Positions 1 to 12,332 are shown, numbered from the stretch's first letter. The stretch: DNA of 64,000 bases from Negaprion brevirostris (GCA_030324005.1 JARDVH010000167.1:15367652-15431651), one strand, 5' to 3'. Made by a program: numbers and translations. The notes: generated from the sequence alone by a model not told the origin.

Positions 1-285
1 ATTCCTAGCCTTTGACCTGCTCTGGTCGCCACAGTATTTATATGGCTAGTCCAGTTCAGTTTCTGGTCAAAGATGTTGAACGTTGGGGTTTCAGCGGTGG
101 TAATATTGAATTGTCAAGGGGCGATTTTTTTATTTTGTTGGAGATGGTCATTTCCTGGCACCTATGGCTTCAAAGTTACTTGCCACTTGTCAACCTAAGT
201 CTGGATATTGCCCAAGTCTTGCTGCATTTTGACATGAACTGCTTCAGTATCAGAGGAGTCCCGAACACTGAACATTGTGCAGAAT
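1..285 (-). mobile_element. CR1/Jockey-like non-LTR retrotransposon fragment (family B, RT C-terminal region)
   Basis: Homologous by eye to 6570-6635, 29140-29400 and 36460-36600 (gccacagtatttatatggctagtccagttcagtttctggtcaa). Confidence 0.75.
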
Positions 286-2075
286 ACTGAACGTTGCAAA
301 GAAAAGAGACAATTATGGAATATGATTTGCAAAATACAGGTTAAAAATTGTGGAAAATCCTGGAATCCCAGTGAATGAAACCAAACTTTGACTTAACCAG
401 TGAACATAAATCTGTGGGCCTCCATACAAACTGGTAGAACTCAATCCCTAAAACATGATTTAAAAAAAAATCACATAATTCACTCAATTCAAGCAATCGA
501 AAGAGAATTTGACTTTCTCACTCAGTCTGAAATAGTGGCCCTGGGAATCAAAATCAAACTCTATTAGCAGAGTAGTACAAGCAGGTCTCAGTGCCCTTGC
601 TTTGCTGGTGAAGGGTGCATGGCAGAAGCTGTAGGAGAATTGTGGGACGGTGTTGAAATTCCTCTTGCACTTGTTAATTAGCAAGCCCTTAGAGGGATCA
701 TATAAACGGTTAAAATATTGGGAGATTTGCTAGTATTTTCAATCTATTTGTAATGCACTCCAGTTAGTTGGCCATCCTAAGGCATAATCTATGCCTTAAT
801 TAATTAAAGGCATGTATTATGTTGCATTTTCTTCATACAAGTATCCTACCATTCAAGTGTGCCTTCTGCTATATCACATAAAACTTAACCTGTTACAATG
901 TACTGTGCAGAAATTGTTTCACAAGCGGGCCTACAATGCAACAGCATTGAGCTTGTGTAAGTACTGCACTAATGGACCATCAAGTTCATGTCAATTAAAG
1001 CTGTCAGGGAAGAGCATTTCCCTGAGATTAATGTGCCTGAGGTGTTGTGAGGTGAACCTATCCATAACAGGGAAATGTGGGGCTGGTTAATAGTAGAACA
1101 ATGGGCTCTTTCTCAAAGTCTGGTGATGAATGCCCTGTTGCCTTGACAACATTCCCAGCAACGTTCAGGCAAATTTAGTCACTTCTCTGGGTCTCAGCCC
1201 CACAAATGCTCTCAGTTAGAATTTTAAAGTGTTTGATACAATATCTGGCTGTGAGAGGACGATATTGAGCTTTGTTTATTTAGTTTGGTTCTGAGCCCAG
1301 TGTCCGGGGCCCTTTATCCTTTTGATGGCTGCCTGTGTTTCACTCTTTTCCTGATTCCCTTTGTGTTTCTTGAGGTCACCCCATACCAAGTAATGTTCAG
1401 CACCAGCAGACACTGAGCAGGCACACATATTTCCATACTCCTATAAATACTGTTTTGTAACAAAATAGAGAGGGATCCTGAGAGCAGCTTGGCCTCATTC
1501 GCTGACTACTTTTCCTTTCTGACAGAAACCGTATCACCTCAGCTCTGCTCAGTTCAGAATGAGCTGGGAATTCAATTACTCAGGCATCAATGATGAGAAC
1601 AGAACACTATTTAGAAATAACAAATCATCATTTGGTTCACAAGCCTGAGCATCTCACACAGAAATCTCAAACCTCTATCTTTCCACAACACATCAAGCTA
1701 TTTGTCATAGTGTGGCCTCTTTAAGGGTTTCTTGAGGACCATTGGTCAGGCTGAACCCTCCAGTGTCAAGGCAGGAAGCTGAGCCAATCAGGCACAAAGG
1801 CGGAAATATCCTGGGTCAGGGAGCATCCAGAGTTGAAGCCAAGGATGAATCTTGTACAGTCGCATGGTTATTCTGTCTGACCCTATTAGTGTAAATACTT
1901 AGTCATTCATTGACCATTGAACCTTTGTTACCTAACCCACATCAAGTTGTCCTCGACTTATTACACTGGCGCTGAGGAAAAACTTTCAAAGCCCTTGGGG
2001 ATCGCAGTGTGCAGCGAGAAGGGAAGAGACAGGAGCACCAAAATACGAAGAAGCCAGGTAAAGGTGCATATTAAA

Positions 2076-2480
2076 ATGCCTTCGATTGGGATAATAGAAT
2101 AATTTGACCTCAAGGTAGAATACTGGGGGCAATATATTGAAAGGCTCTGTAACCTCTTCGTAGCAAATGAAATAACAGCTGAAAAAAATGTTATTTTGCT
2201 CACAGTCTGTGGCGCACAGACTTATAGCTTAGAAAGAAGTTTAACATCGCGTGATGCCCCAAACACTTTTGACCAGATAGTTGAGTTGGTTAAAAATTAT
2301 TTCAATCCCCAACCCTCAATCATCATGTCGAGTTACAAATTTTATTTGGCAGTCCGAGAGCCGGGGTAGACGGTCTCAGGCTTCATAGCCAGATTGACAG
2401 GATTAGCAGAGCATTGCGAATTCGGCCCAGCTTTAGCAGAAATGTTAAGAGCCTGTTTGGTCTGTGGGACAGCCAGAAGT
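2076..2480 (+). pseudogene. Gypsy gag remnant
   Basis: MPSIGIIE*FDLKVEYWGQYIERL..LFVANEI...LLTVCGAQTY...FDQIVELVKNYFNPQPS...LAEHCEFG..LAEMLRACLVCG with in-frame stops. Confidence 0.85.
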
Positions 2481-2879
2481 TACTGGCTGAGACCAAAATC
2501 TCTTTGGAAAATGGTGTGGAGTTGACCCAGACAATTGATGGTGCAGATGGTAAGTCAAACTAGGTGAACTGCAGAAAACAGCTGCTTTGAAACAACCTGA
2601 ATGTTGTGCAGAAGGTTCCGTTGAAAGGAATACAACATTGATGTCAGATGCTTGTTTTCAGTGTGGGGAGGACACTCCCAAGAAGCTTGCCAATGTAAAA
2701 ATTGTGGGGGTGAAGTTGAGCCCAAACTCTGTGCACAGGAATGGTGGTAAGAGCTCAGGATATGGTGAAACTCAGAAATTGAGAATCATGCCGGCAATCT
2801 CCAATTTTCACCATCCCTTGCTGGTGTGAATCTGATTTTGATAATTGAAGACCACCCCCCCAAGCCATGTAGTCCCTTT

Positions 2880-3345
2880 GTGCCAGACAATACCATAATA
2901 TTCACGGAGGAAGAGTTTCAAAAATTTGTAAAATCAAATTGTATTGATCACATTCAGTCAGCACCTTACTACCCAGTCTCAAATGGGTTAGCAAATGTTC
3001 AAGGCATCGGTGAAGAAACAAATCAATAGGCTCTACCCTTTGTGTAGCCAGCTTTGTGGTCTTACAACACCATGCCAAATGTGGCCATGGTGGGGTCATG
3101 CCAGCTGAGCTACTAATGGATGTGTTTGGATATATAATGTTGCCAGATTTTGTGGGGAGGAGAATGGCTCTGAGAGCCAATCATGACTCAAAGAAGAACA
3201 ATAGAGTTTTCCAAGTTGAGGATTTAATCATGGTCAGAAATTTTGCAGCAGGACCAGCATGGATGGCTGGTAAAATTGTGGAAAGAACAGCACTCTCCTA
3301 TATTGTAGAGATACAAGGTTGTCATGTCAAGAAATAAGTAGACCA
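2880..3345 (+). pseudogene. Gypsy integrase C-terminal remnant
   Basis: VPDNTIIFTEEEFQKFVKSNCIDHIQSAPYYPVSNGLA and FQVEDLIMVRNFAAGPAWMAGKIVE in the ORF track; frameshifted. Confidence 0.85.
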
Positions 3346-4689
3346 TTTGAGGAGGGGAGCAGGGGATACAAGGGAGCAATAGGTGATTTTGGATCCGCCA
3401 GGGTTGCTTGCAAGGCTCCCAGTTGTAAGTGTGGAACTGGAGCGACCAGTGGGTTCTGTAACTGAGAATATAGCAGCTATCAAGGAAGATCCTTTTGTCT
3501 TGGTACAATCTGATTCTTCATTTTCAGATACACCGAGCTCAAGCTGAGATGTTCTACTAGGGTTCAGAGATTGCCAAATTGACCAAACTTATGACAAGTT
3601 GCCCTGTGATATTCCTGATGTTTTTCTGAAAATTGTCACTTTTACGTTAATGATGTTTACTTTTTGTTTCCTCTTTGGGTGACTTCAGGAACTTGGGGAG
3701 AGGAGTGTGTGAGAGTGATCCCCTTTAAGAGGGCAATTCCTGAGGGCCATTTGATTGCGCTGGACCGTATGGAATGTCAAGGAGGAAGCTGAACCAATTG
3801 AGTGTATATCCCGGGTGGGGAGAATCCTCAGTTGAAGTTGGGGAGGAGTGTTGTACAGTCGCATAATTATTCCATCTGACCCTATTAGTGTAAATACTGA
3901 TTTATTCATTGGGAATAAAACCTTTGTTACTTCAGCCACATCAAGTCACCCTTGATTTATTACACTATCTCTTGAATCCATTCATATTGATTGTTCCAGT
4001 GCCCTTGAAACTACCAAGCCATATAAAGATTAGCACTTGTTGGAATGTGATCTATTCACTGAGCTCATCCAGAAAACCTGAATTTAAAGTACCCATGCCA
4101 TCTTACCACATCAAAAGCAGACACAAATCACAGAAGCTTATATGCCCTGAGGTGTCACATGGATTTGTATTTTGCCATAATATGGCAGCATATTGAGAGG
4201 TTTCTCTCAGTTCATAGAACAGGCAATGAAGGAAACTATTCTTGATGACCTCCATGCTTGTAGCACTTGCCGAATATCACCAGCACCGTAGCCCAGCAAT
4301 TGAGATTTGTGTGGGTTTGTGTGACTCAACAGTGCATTGAGAATAGGATTTGCCTCAATTAACCTTAGGGACAGTGAAATATTTTTGCTTGAAGAGTTCG
4401 CACTGCTGACTCATCAAACCTGTGTGAAGGAGCTGAATTAACATCTGCAGAGATGCAGCAACTTTTAATAATGTGTCTGTGTCATCAAAGCTCAATATGC
4501 AATATATTTTCAAACCAACATTTGCTGCTGGGAAGAGAAAGTGGTAGAGTGACCAATCATTCTGAGCTTTAATAACATGGTGCAACAAGATCATTGTATT
4601 CAGATGCTTGGCAAACATGGAAAAATAAAGTCTGTTGAGTATATTTTAGACCGGGGAGTTCTGAGGCAGTGCTGGCAGCTTATTTGGAT

Positions 4690-5300
4690 AGCGCTTGCAC
4701 TGCTGAGTTAGAAGGTACAAGTCCAGTGCAGTCCTGAGGGAATACTATGTTGTTGGAGGTGGTATCTTTGGATGAGATGTTAAGCCAAAGTTTTGTCTTC
4801 TCTCTCTCAAACTAATTTAAAAGATCCCAGAAAACATTTTTGAAGAAGAGCAAGGATTTACCTATTGTAAGGTTGTATGTTCTTTAATGAAGAGGTCTAG
4901 AGACTGAAGTGTTTGAACAATAACTTAGTTCTATATTTTCTATATATAGACACATAAGACACAGTCCTGACTGGGTGCTATCATTGTGCTGACTTCTGCC
5001 AGACTCAGGACTACATTCCCATGTGACTCTTTACATCATAAAGTGCTGTTTCCCCAGTCTGGATTATCCTTGCAGTACGAAACACACTTCATTTTTCTTG
5101 GTGTTTTGGCCAATACTTATCCCTCAATCAACATCATTTGAAGGAAAACAATTTGATCTTGCCTTTATGCATTTGGTGGGAACTTATTGTATGCAAATTG
5201 GATACCAACAGTGGCCAAACTTCATAAAGTATTACATGGCTGTAAGTTGGTTCCAGGATATCTTGACATCATGAAAGTTGCTGCATAAATGCAAGTCTTT
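4690..5300 (+). mobile_element. Deu-domain SINE (SacSINE1-like), interrupted by an LTR-like insert at about 4866-5085
   Basis: Deu core (ggatgagatgttaagcc...aaaagatccca...tttgaagaagagc...ggccaatacttatccctcaa) and L2-type tail (ataaatgcaagtcttt). Confidence 0.7.
4866..5085 (-). mobile_element. Probable solo LTR inside the SINE
   Basis: Starts TGTAAG, ends near AAACA, splits the SINE core; TSD not clear. Confidence 0.4.
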
Positions 5301-5407
5301 GTTTATAAGTGATGACAAAAGGATTGAAAGAGAATGACAACAGATGAAGTAACCAAGATTAGCACAGAACCATTAACCCAGTAGAGTGCCACTTTTTGTA
5401 AGGATTT

Positions 5408-5698
5408 AAGTTTAAGTTCATTTATTAGTGTCACAAGTAGGCTTACATTAATACTGTGAAAATCCCCTAGCTGCCACACTCTGGCACCTGTGCGGGTACA
5501 CTGAGGGAGAATTTAGCATGGCCAATGCGCCTAAGCAGCACGTCTTTCAGACTGTGGGAGGAAATCGGAGCACCCAGAGGAAACCCACGCAGAATGGAGA
5601 GAACATGCAAGGTCCACACAGTGATCCAAGCTGGGAATTGAACCCAGATCCCTGGCGCTGTGAGGCAGCGGTGCTAACCATTGTGCCAAAGTGCCACC
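5408..5698 (-). mobile_element. HE1/V-SINE, tail type 2
   Basis: tRNA-derived head, V-domain (gggtttcctctgggtgctccgatttcctcccacagtc), tail gtaagcctacttgtgacactaataaa. Confidence 0.9.
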
Positions 5699-5904
5699 TG
5701 TTCACATTTTGCACATTTCTGTTAAAGCTCTAATTTCTTCCCTGAACTAATGTGGGGTTTTTGACCATCTATTATTGTCACCCTAGCCTTTTCATCATTG
5801 TTCAGAAATATTAATTATTAGACAAAATGGGCTGCATTAATTGGATACTATCCTCCATGTCTGATTTCCTTATATTGTCGCCATTCATGATGCTTTCTAC
5901 CCAC

Positions 5905-6985
5905 ATACTGAAGAGGGTGGTGATGCCAGGGCTAAAAGGGTTAAATTATGATGATGGTTGCATTGACTAACTTTACGTTCTCTTCGGCACAGAAGGTTTT
6001 TGTTTCATTATTCATCCATAGGATGTGGACATCTCTAGCTACATCAGCATTTGTTACCAATCCCTAATTGCCCTTGTGAAGGTCGTGAGCTACCTTCTTG
6101 AACTGCTGCAGTTCATCTGTTGTAGGAGCACCACAGTGCTGTTAAGAAGGGAGTTCCAGGATTTTATCTTAGTGACAATGGAGAAACAGGAATGGTGATA
6201 TAGTTCCAAGTCAAGATGGCTTGGAGGAAAACCTACAGGCAGCGCTGTTCTCATGCATTTGCTTACCTTGTCCTGCTAGGTGGCAGAGGTTGTGGGTTTG
6301 CAAGGTTCTATCAAAGGAAAGTTGGTGAGTTGCTGCATTTTGGAAATGACACAATACTGCTGCCACTGTGTATCAATGTGAGGGAGTTTTTGAGGAGTTA
6401 TATGGCGTGCCAATCAAGTAGGGCTGCTTTATCCTGGATGGTGTCAAGCTTCTTGAGTGTTATGGGAGCTGCACTCACCCAGGCAAGTGGAGAGTTTCAA
6501 CACATTCCTGCTTGTGTCTTGTTAAATGGATAGGCTTTGGGAAGTCAGGAGGTGGCTTACTCTCCACAGAATTCCCAGCCTCTGATCTGCTCTTGTAGCC
6601 ATAGCATTTATGTGGCTGGTCCAGTTTCTGATCAAAGAGGGGATTAAATTGTGAGAGGTTGCAAATGATTAAAGGCTTTGATAGGGTAGAAAGAGAAGCT
6701 ATTTCTTCTGGTGGGGGGTGGCCAGAGCAAGGAGCATCAGTTTAAAATTACAACTTAGCCATTAGGGATGATGTCGGGAAATATTTTTTCACACAAAGGG
6801 GAGTCAAACCAAAGTACTGTTGAGAATAGGGGTCCCAATTGAAAAAAATGATAGATTTTTATTCGGCAAGACTGCTAAGGATTAGAAAAACAAGGTGGGT
6901 AGTAGGAGTTAAGAGACAGATCAGCCATTACCGAATTAAATGGTGGAATATACATGTGGACCTCAATAACCTCCTCCTTCCTGTT
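5905..6985 (+). mobile_element. CR1 LINE 3' fragment split by a family B LINE
   Basis: CR1 ORF2 C-terminal and 3'UTR motifs at 5905-5990 and 6640-6985. Confidence 0.65.
6000..6635 (-). mobile_element. CR1/Jockey-like LINE 3' end (family B)
   Basis: 3' tail (cccttgtgaagg...ccttcttgaactgctgcag) and RT C-terminus shared with 19510, 28615 and 35965 copies. Confidence 0.8.
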
Positions 6986-7331
6986 CAGTGTGCAGAATCT
7001 AATGTAAGTGTAGGATAGAAGGATGAAGAGAAAATAACACGACAAGTTAAATAGAATGATTTAAATTACTTTACTTATTGATATCTAGATTTAATACAAT
7101 TGCCTCTCTAGAAATGATGATGCAGACAGTTGAGTGGTTGCTAGCCAACAGTGTAAAAATAATCAAAAGCATTTGGAGAGGGACTGAGTCATCGGTCAGA
7201 ACAGTAAGAACCTTACTTCAAATCAAGCCAAGTGTGAAGGAATAAAAGTCTCTTTTCTATGCCAACTGTCACGGTCCCCAGTTAAATTGAGTTTGAGAAG
7301 CTCGACCCAGTTGGAAGAAGAAGGAATGAAG

Positions 7332-7670
7332 ATTTGCATTTAAATAGAACCTTATCACTTTTCTCAAAAGTCTAAGTATTTCACACAATGAATTACCTTA
7401 AAATGTAGTGGCTGTTGTTATGTTGACACATTAAGTACCATCTGACGCATGTCAAGACGCCAAAGACAGCAATGAAACATATGACCAGTTAATCTACCTT
7501 TGATAGCTGGTAGACACCAGTAAAGCTCCATCCTTTTTAAGTCGTTCTTGAGTAATTTGAGCAGAAAGAATGACACATGAAACAATGTGTATCCCGGAAT
7601 CTGAATCTGAGATCTGAATCCGAGAGCCAGAGGCACGTATGCTACCAACTGAGCCATGAGCTCAGTCCAT
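7332..7670 (-). mobile_element. Degenerate SacSINE1-like SINE
   Basis: Tail (gatttgcatttaaatag) and head (gctaccaactgagcca) on the minus strand. Confidence 0.55.
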
Positions 7671-8151
7671 TGCACAACACTTCCCAGAATTAAGCACAAA
7701 GTAGAAATTTTAACAGGGGAATTTTATTCAGGTGAGGGGTTAAAAAACCTGAACCCTGAGCCAACCCATTTACTTCCGGTTTTAATGGCTGACCTGTTCC
7801 CAGGCGGCAGTTTGGAACATTTTATCTTCTAATGAGGCTACAGTCTCATTTTTATTCAGCAGTTTGAACTTAATGTTGGGTTTTCAGGTTTCTAGAGCAT
7901 CAGAAAACTGAGTAGTCAAACCCAGACAAAAACTGTCACCAGACCCAGGAAGCCACTGCCTTTGCACCTAGCTGCAAAATTCAACATGCCTGTCCTACAG
8001 CACCTCCCCCCCACCACCCACCCACCTCGACTGGATTGAATCTTCTGATGACCCTCCTGACCTAAATCAAGTCCTCCAACTTCACCCCCCCCCTTCCTCC
8101 CATCCAACTCTGACCTACCCCACAGGTCCCCTATCACTCTCACCTTCCTCC

Positions 8152-8253
8152 AACCGAGGTCACCTGAGGAAGGGACTAACCCCGAAAGCTAGTGAGTTTA
8201 CTATCAAATAAATCGGTTGGACTTAAACCTGGTGTTGTCAGACATTTTACTGT
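8152..8253 (+). mobile_element. Penelope-like terminal repeat (pLTR) fragment
   Basis: cacctgaggaagggactaaccccgaaagctagtgag...aaataaatcggttggacttaaacctggtgttgtcagacattttactgt; near-identical copies at 12333 and 20185. Confidence 0.8.
8160..8195 (+). ncRNA. Minimal type I hammerhead ribozyme motif
   Basis: Stem I TCAC(8160-63)/GTGA(8192-95); core CTGAGGA 8164-70; stem II GGG..CCC; GAAA 8184-87; palindromic AGCT in place of stem III; UA cleavage site at 8190-91. Confidence 0.75.
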
Positions 8254-8499
8254 CTGTACAGGGTGGCAGCACAGTGACTCGGCTCCATGCTGACTTTGCT
8301 TCCCTTGGTATTATTGTTTATTTAACACAGCTCCTCTGAAGTGCCTTGAAATGTTTTACTATGACAAAGGCACAATATAAATAAAAGTTGTGGTTGAATA
8401 TGACTATCTGATAATTGGATATTTCCCAGTAGATGCAGCTTTGGAAAATAAAATTATTCTGTAATACACTGATTGTATTCATCCCTGTATATTTCAGCT

Positions 8500-9205
8500 A
8501 TAAGCAGCTAGAAAGCGACACAAAGAAATAATTGGCAATTATATAGTCTCGAATAATGTCCTCAGGACATCAGAAAACAGTTTACAACCAATTGATTACT
8601 TTTCAAGTGCTGATGTTTAACAGGCGAAAGTGGCAGCCAATTTACACACAGCAAGGACCGACAACCAGTAAATTGGTACGTGGTGGTAGAGGCAGATATA
8701 TTGACCATCGCACTGAGAGAACTTTTTACTCCTCTTCAAATGGCGTCAAGGGATCATTAACAACAACGAAAGTAACCAAATAATTAATGATCCATTTGAA
8801 ACATGTTACCCCGTCAGTCCACTAAAAAAACAAAGAAGGAGCTTGCTTTTATATTGCATCTTTCATGTGCTCTAGACATCCTAATTTACAGATAATAAAG
8901 CACCCTGTGCTGTGTAATTATTGTTGTGATGAAAGGAAATGTGTCATTCGAACTTGTATATAGTAAGATCCTGGGAATCACCAATCGATTACTGCAACTT
9001 CTGAGGTTTTTTTCAGTGAAACTGATTGAGGGACATGTTTGGTCAGAACATCCCAGAAGAACTCTCCCCACTCCGCTTCGAACACTGCCGTGGGATCTTT
9101 CTTGTCCATGTAAGATGGCAGATTGGGTCTCACACTGAGAGCTCATCTGAAAGGTGGCACCTTCAGCAGTATATTCCTCCTCAGTACAGTATTGAGGTGT
9201 CAGCC
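8500..9205 (-). mobile_element. Two adjacent degenerate Deu-domain SINEs (about 8500-8800 and 8838-9205)
   Basis: Deu motifs (ctgattgagggaca, ctccgcttcgaacactgccgtgggatctttc, ctcatctgaaaggtggcacc). Confidence 0.65.
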
Positions 9206-9211
9206 TTTGCT

Positions 9212-9553
9212 CAGATTTATGGCATAGTAGAGTACCTAACCTATATGTCTTTGGACATTGGGTGGGCCAATTTACCACGGCTAATCCACCTAACCTGCAT
9301 GTCTTTGCACAAAAAGGGATTATTCAGAATGGCCAATTCATCCAACCTGCACATCTTTGGACACTAAAGGTCAATTTACCACGGCCAATCCATCTAACCT
9401 ACACATCTTTGCACTGTGAGAGGAAACCAAATCACCCAGAGGAAACCCATGCAGACACGGGGAGAATGTGCAAACTCCATGCAGTCACCCAAGGCCAGAA
9501 TCAAACCTGGGTCCCTGGCACTATGAGGCAGCAGTGCTAACCACTGCGCCGCC
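9212..9553 (-). mobile_element. HE1/V-SINE with internal tandem expansion
   Basis: HE1 head and V-domain; about 4 copies of a ~50-55 bp unit (ccaatccacctaacctgcacatctttggacact) at 9234-9415. Confidence 0.88.
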
Positions 9554-9699
9554 GTTACCAGCCAATGAGAAGATTTTCACCTTTCTCACCTGGATGGTCA
9601 TCTGATCACATTGATTGGATTTCTATTCATTTCATTCTTTAAGGTTGTGGAGAGTGGAAAATGAAACATTGACCAGAAGACCTTTGGAATGACGCTGTT

Positions 9700-9965
9700 T
9701 AAAGACGAGTTAAGAGAAGTCTAGGGGCAACTAAGGCAGGATTGGGGGCTTCAGCAGCAGTTGCTCAAAGGCTACGATAAAGATGGGCAATAACCTGAAG
9801 GCAGAATCAGGATCAGAAACTCAGCCAAATGGGAGGGCATGGCTCCAAAGAGTCCAGTTTAACCTGGGACAGTGTCCGGGAAGTGGGATGGAATCAGTGA
9901 TGTGGTTAAGAAGTCTGTGGCTGAAGATGAACAGTCCTTGCAGTCGTTTAAAGTCACCCCACAGG
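9700..9965 (-). mobile_element. L2 LINE RT-region fragment
   Basis: tttaacctgggacagtgtccgggaagtgggatggaatcagtg resembles recalled shark L2 sequence. Confidence 0.45.
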
Positions 9966-10044
9966 CTAAGCTGAGTAATGTTGCATCTTCAAAGAAAATG
10001 TTGCTGCTCGGCCTTCCGAAATTACAGTAGGTTTTACTTAGAAA

Positions 10045-10172
10045 CATAAAAAACAGAATGAGTTAGGGCATTCCGCCCTTCAATTCACCATTCATTTTGA
10101 TCATTGCTAATATCAAATTCAGCATCCTGATCCCGCCTTCCCCTCCCATATCCCTTGATCCCTGTAGCCCCC
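10045..10172 (-). mobile_element. CR1 3' tail fragment
   Basis: tagaaacata...ccattca..tgatcattgcta...catatcccttgatccc. Confidence 0.6.
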
Positions 10173-10836
10173 ACATTTACACTGCTGCATTTTCAAATAT
10201 GCCAGATAATCTGAATTCAGGGATTATATTCTCAGTCCAACTGTCTTCACTGAAAGTCACTTAACTTGTAGCTCTGATTGAATAAATGTTACTTTGCAAA
10301 TTCAATTTCTCAAAGGCACTCCCAAGAACATCTAATAAGGAATCAAAAAATTTGGCTTTTAAAGGTTTCAAATTTAGTTTAATCCCTCTCCGTGAATCAC
10401 AAGTTTGCCAAGAGCATTTTTACTTGGCTAAGGATTGTCCTTGGATGTAGTTTTTTTTGCATAATGGAATGGATTGTCGTGGTGCAATGGATTCTTTAAT
10501 GTTTGGATTTGGTGTGCCTTGAAACAGAATCAAATATATTTAATTTTTGTCAGAGCTTGCAAATACCTGTGGCACAAATATATTTCACACGACAAGTTTT
10601 CATTCATTTGACTTCTGTATTCTGATTGTTCATATCAGACACTTTGGTAACAATGTTAGTGCTGTAAATTTAGTTATCTGTGCACATACTTTATTATTAT
10701 TAAAAGTCAACTGCTCATGTTAAAGCAATTATGAAACTTGAGTGTAAGTGAGATCCTGGAGTGTCTTTTCCATTCAAGATTTTCTTTCCTCCGTATTCTG
10801 TACCCAGCGTAATATTTTTTCCAGAAAACATGTGAC

Positions 10837-11158
10837 TCATAGAATCCCTCCAGTAAAGAAGGAGGCCATTTAGCCCATTGAGTCTGCACTGACAGCAATC
10901 CCACCCAGAACCTATTCCTGTAACCCCACCTATTTACCCTGCTAATCCCCCTGATACTCAGGGGCAATTTAACATGACCAATCAACCTAACTTACACATC
11001 TTTGGAGTGTGGGAGGAAACTGGAGGACCCAGAAGAAACCCATGCAGACATGGGGAGAATGTGTAAACTCCACATAGACAGTGACCCGAGGCTGGAATTG
11101 AACCTGGGTCCCTGGCACTGTGAGTCAGCAGTGCTCACCAATGTGCCACCATGCCACC
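10837..11158 (-). mobile_element. HE1 SINE with CR1/HER1-type tail
   Basis: Full head, V-domain and tail gggattctatga. Confidence 0.92.
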
Positions 11159-11724
11159 CATTCTATGACTTTATTCTATATTTATTCTACATTTTTCCAT
11201 TCCACCCGCGACACAGATTGCAGCTGGAGGTACAAGACCATCCAAAGGTCTGTTGACCTCGGGCGGGATCTTCCAGTCTTGGGGTGAGAGCAGCCAGAAA
11301 GGCCCACCTGTAATGTATTCTGCTAGAATCAGAAAATTTGTTGGACCGAAATGGCATCAAGGAGCACATGGATCTGACCTATTATTAATTGACATTCACC
11401 ACTGCATCAAATAAAGAAGCTCATCATTGCACCAAACGATCAAATGGACTGAAACCTGTTTTAGAAATGATGAGGCATCTCTGAGATAAAAGCTGAGTCA
11501 TCAATAATTACTCAGCTAGCTTGGCATCATGCCCTAATTTACACACCTCATGACCTGATCATACATATTCGAAAATGGCTCCTCTGTGCTTCAAAATATT
11601 CAGGTTTCCATAATGAAGCAACGTTGCCACCTTGATGCTGGCATTTTACCCCACTGCAAACATATTTTACCTGCTTGATTGACACCCGATCTTAAACCTG
11701 AGACATTCACTCTCTCCTCCATTC

Positions 11725-12232
11725 AATGAACAAAGAAAAGCACAGCACAGGAACAAGCCCTTCGGCTCTCCAAGCCTGTGCCGGTCATAATGCCCCAACT
11801 AAACTAAACAAAACCTTCTCTACTTACTCAGTCCATCCCCCTCTATTTCCTCCCTATTCATGTACCCATCCAGATGCCTCTTAGTGTTGCTAATGTGTCT
11901 TCATTGGCAGTGCATTCCAGCTCTGCGTGAGAAACTTCCTCCACACATCTCCCTTGAACTTTCACACTCTCACCTTGAACCTGTGCCCCCTTGTAATTGA
12001 CACTTTCACCCTAGGAAAAAGCCTCTGACTATCCACCCTATCTGTGCCTCTCGTAATTTTGTAGACCTCTATCAGATCTCTGCTCAGTGTCTGTCTTTCC
12101 AGTGAAAACAATCCTAGTTTATTCAACTGCTCCTCATAACCAACACCCTTGAGATCAAGCAACATCCTGGTAAATCTTCTTTGCACTATCTCCAAAGGTT
12201 TCATTTCCTACCGGTCGTGTACTGACCAGGAC
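11725..12232 (-). mobile_element. CR1 LINE ORF2 C-terminus and 3'UTR
   Basis: LEIVQRRFTRML..LKGVGYEEQLNKLGLFSLE...DLIEVYKI...TRGHRFKV. Confidence 0.92.
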
Positions 12233-12332
12233 NNNNNNNNNNNNNNNNNNNNNNNNNNNNNNNNNNNNNNNNNNNNNNNNNNNNNNNNNNNNNNNNNNNN
12301 NNNNNNNNNNNNNNNNNNNNNNNNNNNNNNNN

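Larger units (their letters stand above)
1703..3964 (+). mobile_element. Internally deleted Gypsy LTR retrotransposon (K02A2.6-like), both LTRs present
   Basis: LTRs 1703-1965 and 3706-3964 (TGT...TTACA); PBS tggcgctgagga 1967-1978; PPT ggggagaggag 3695-3705; TSD ctatt (1698-1702) / ctatc (3965-3969); gag and integrase remnants, no RT. Confidence 0.92.
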
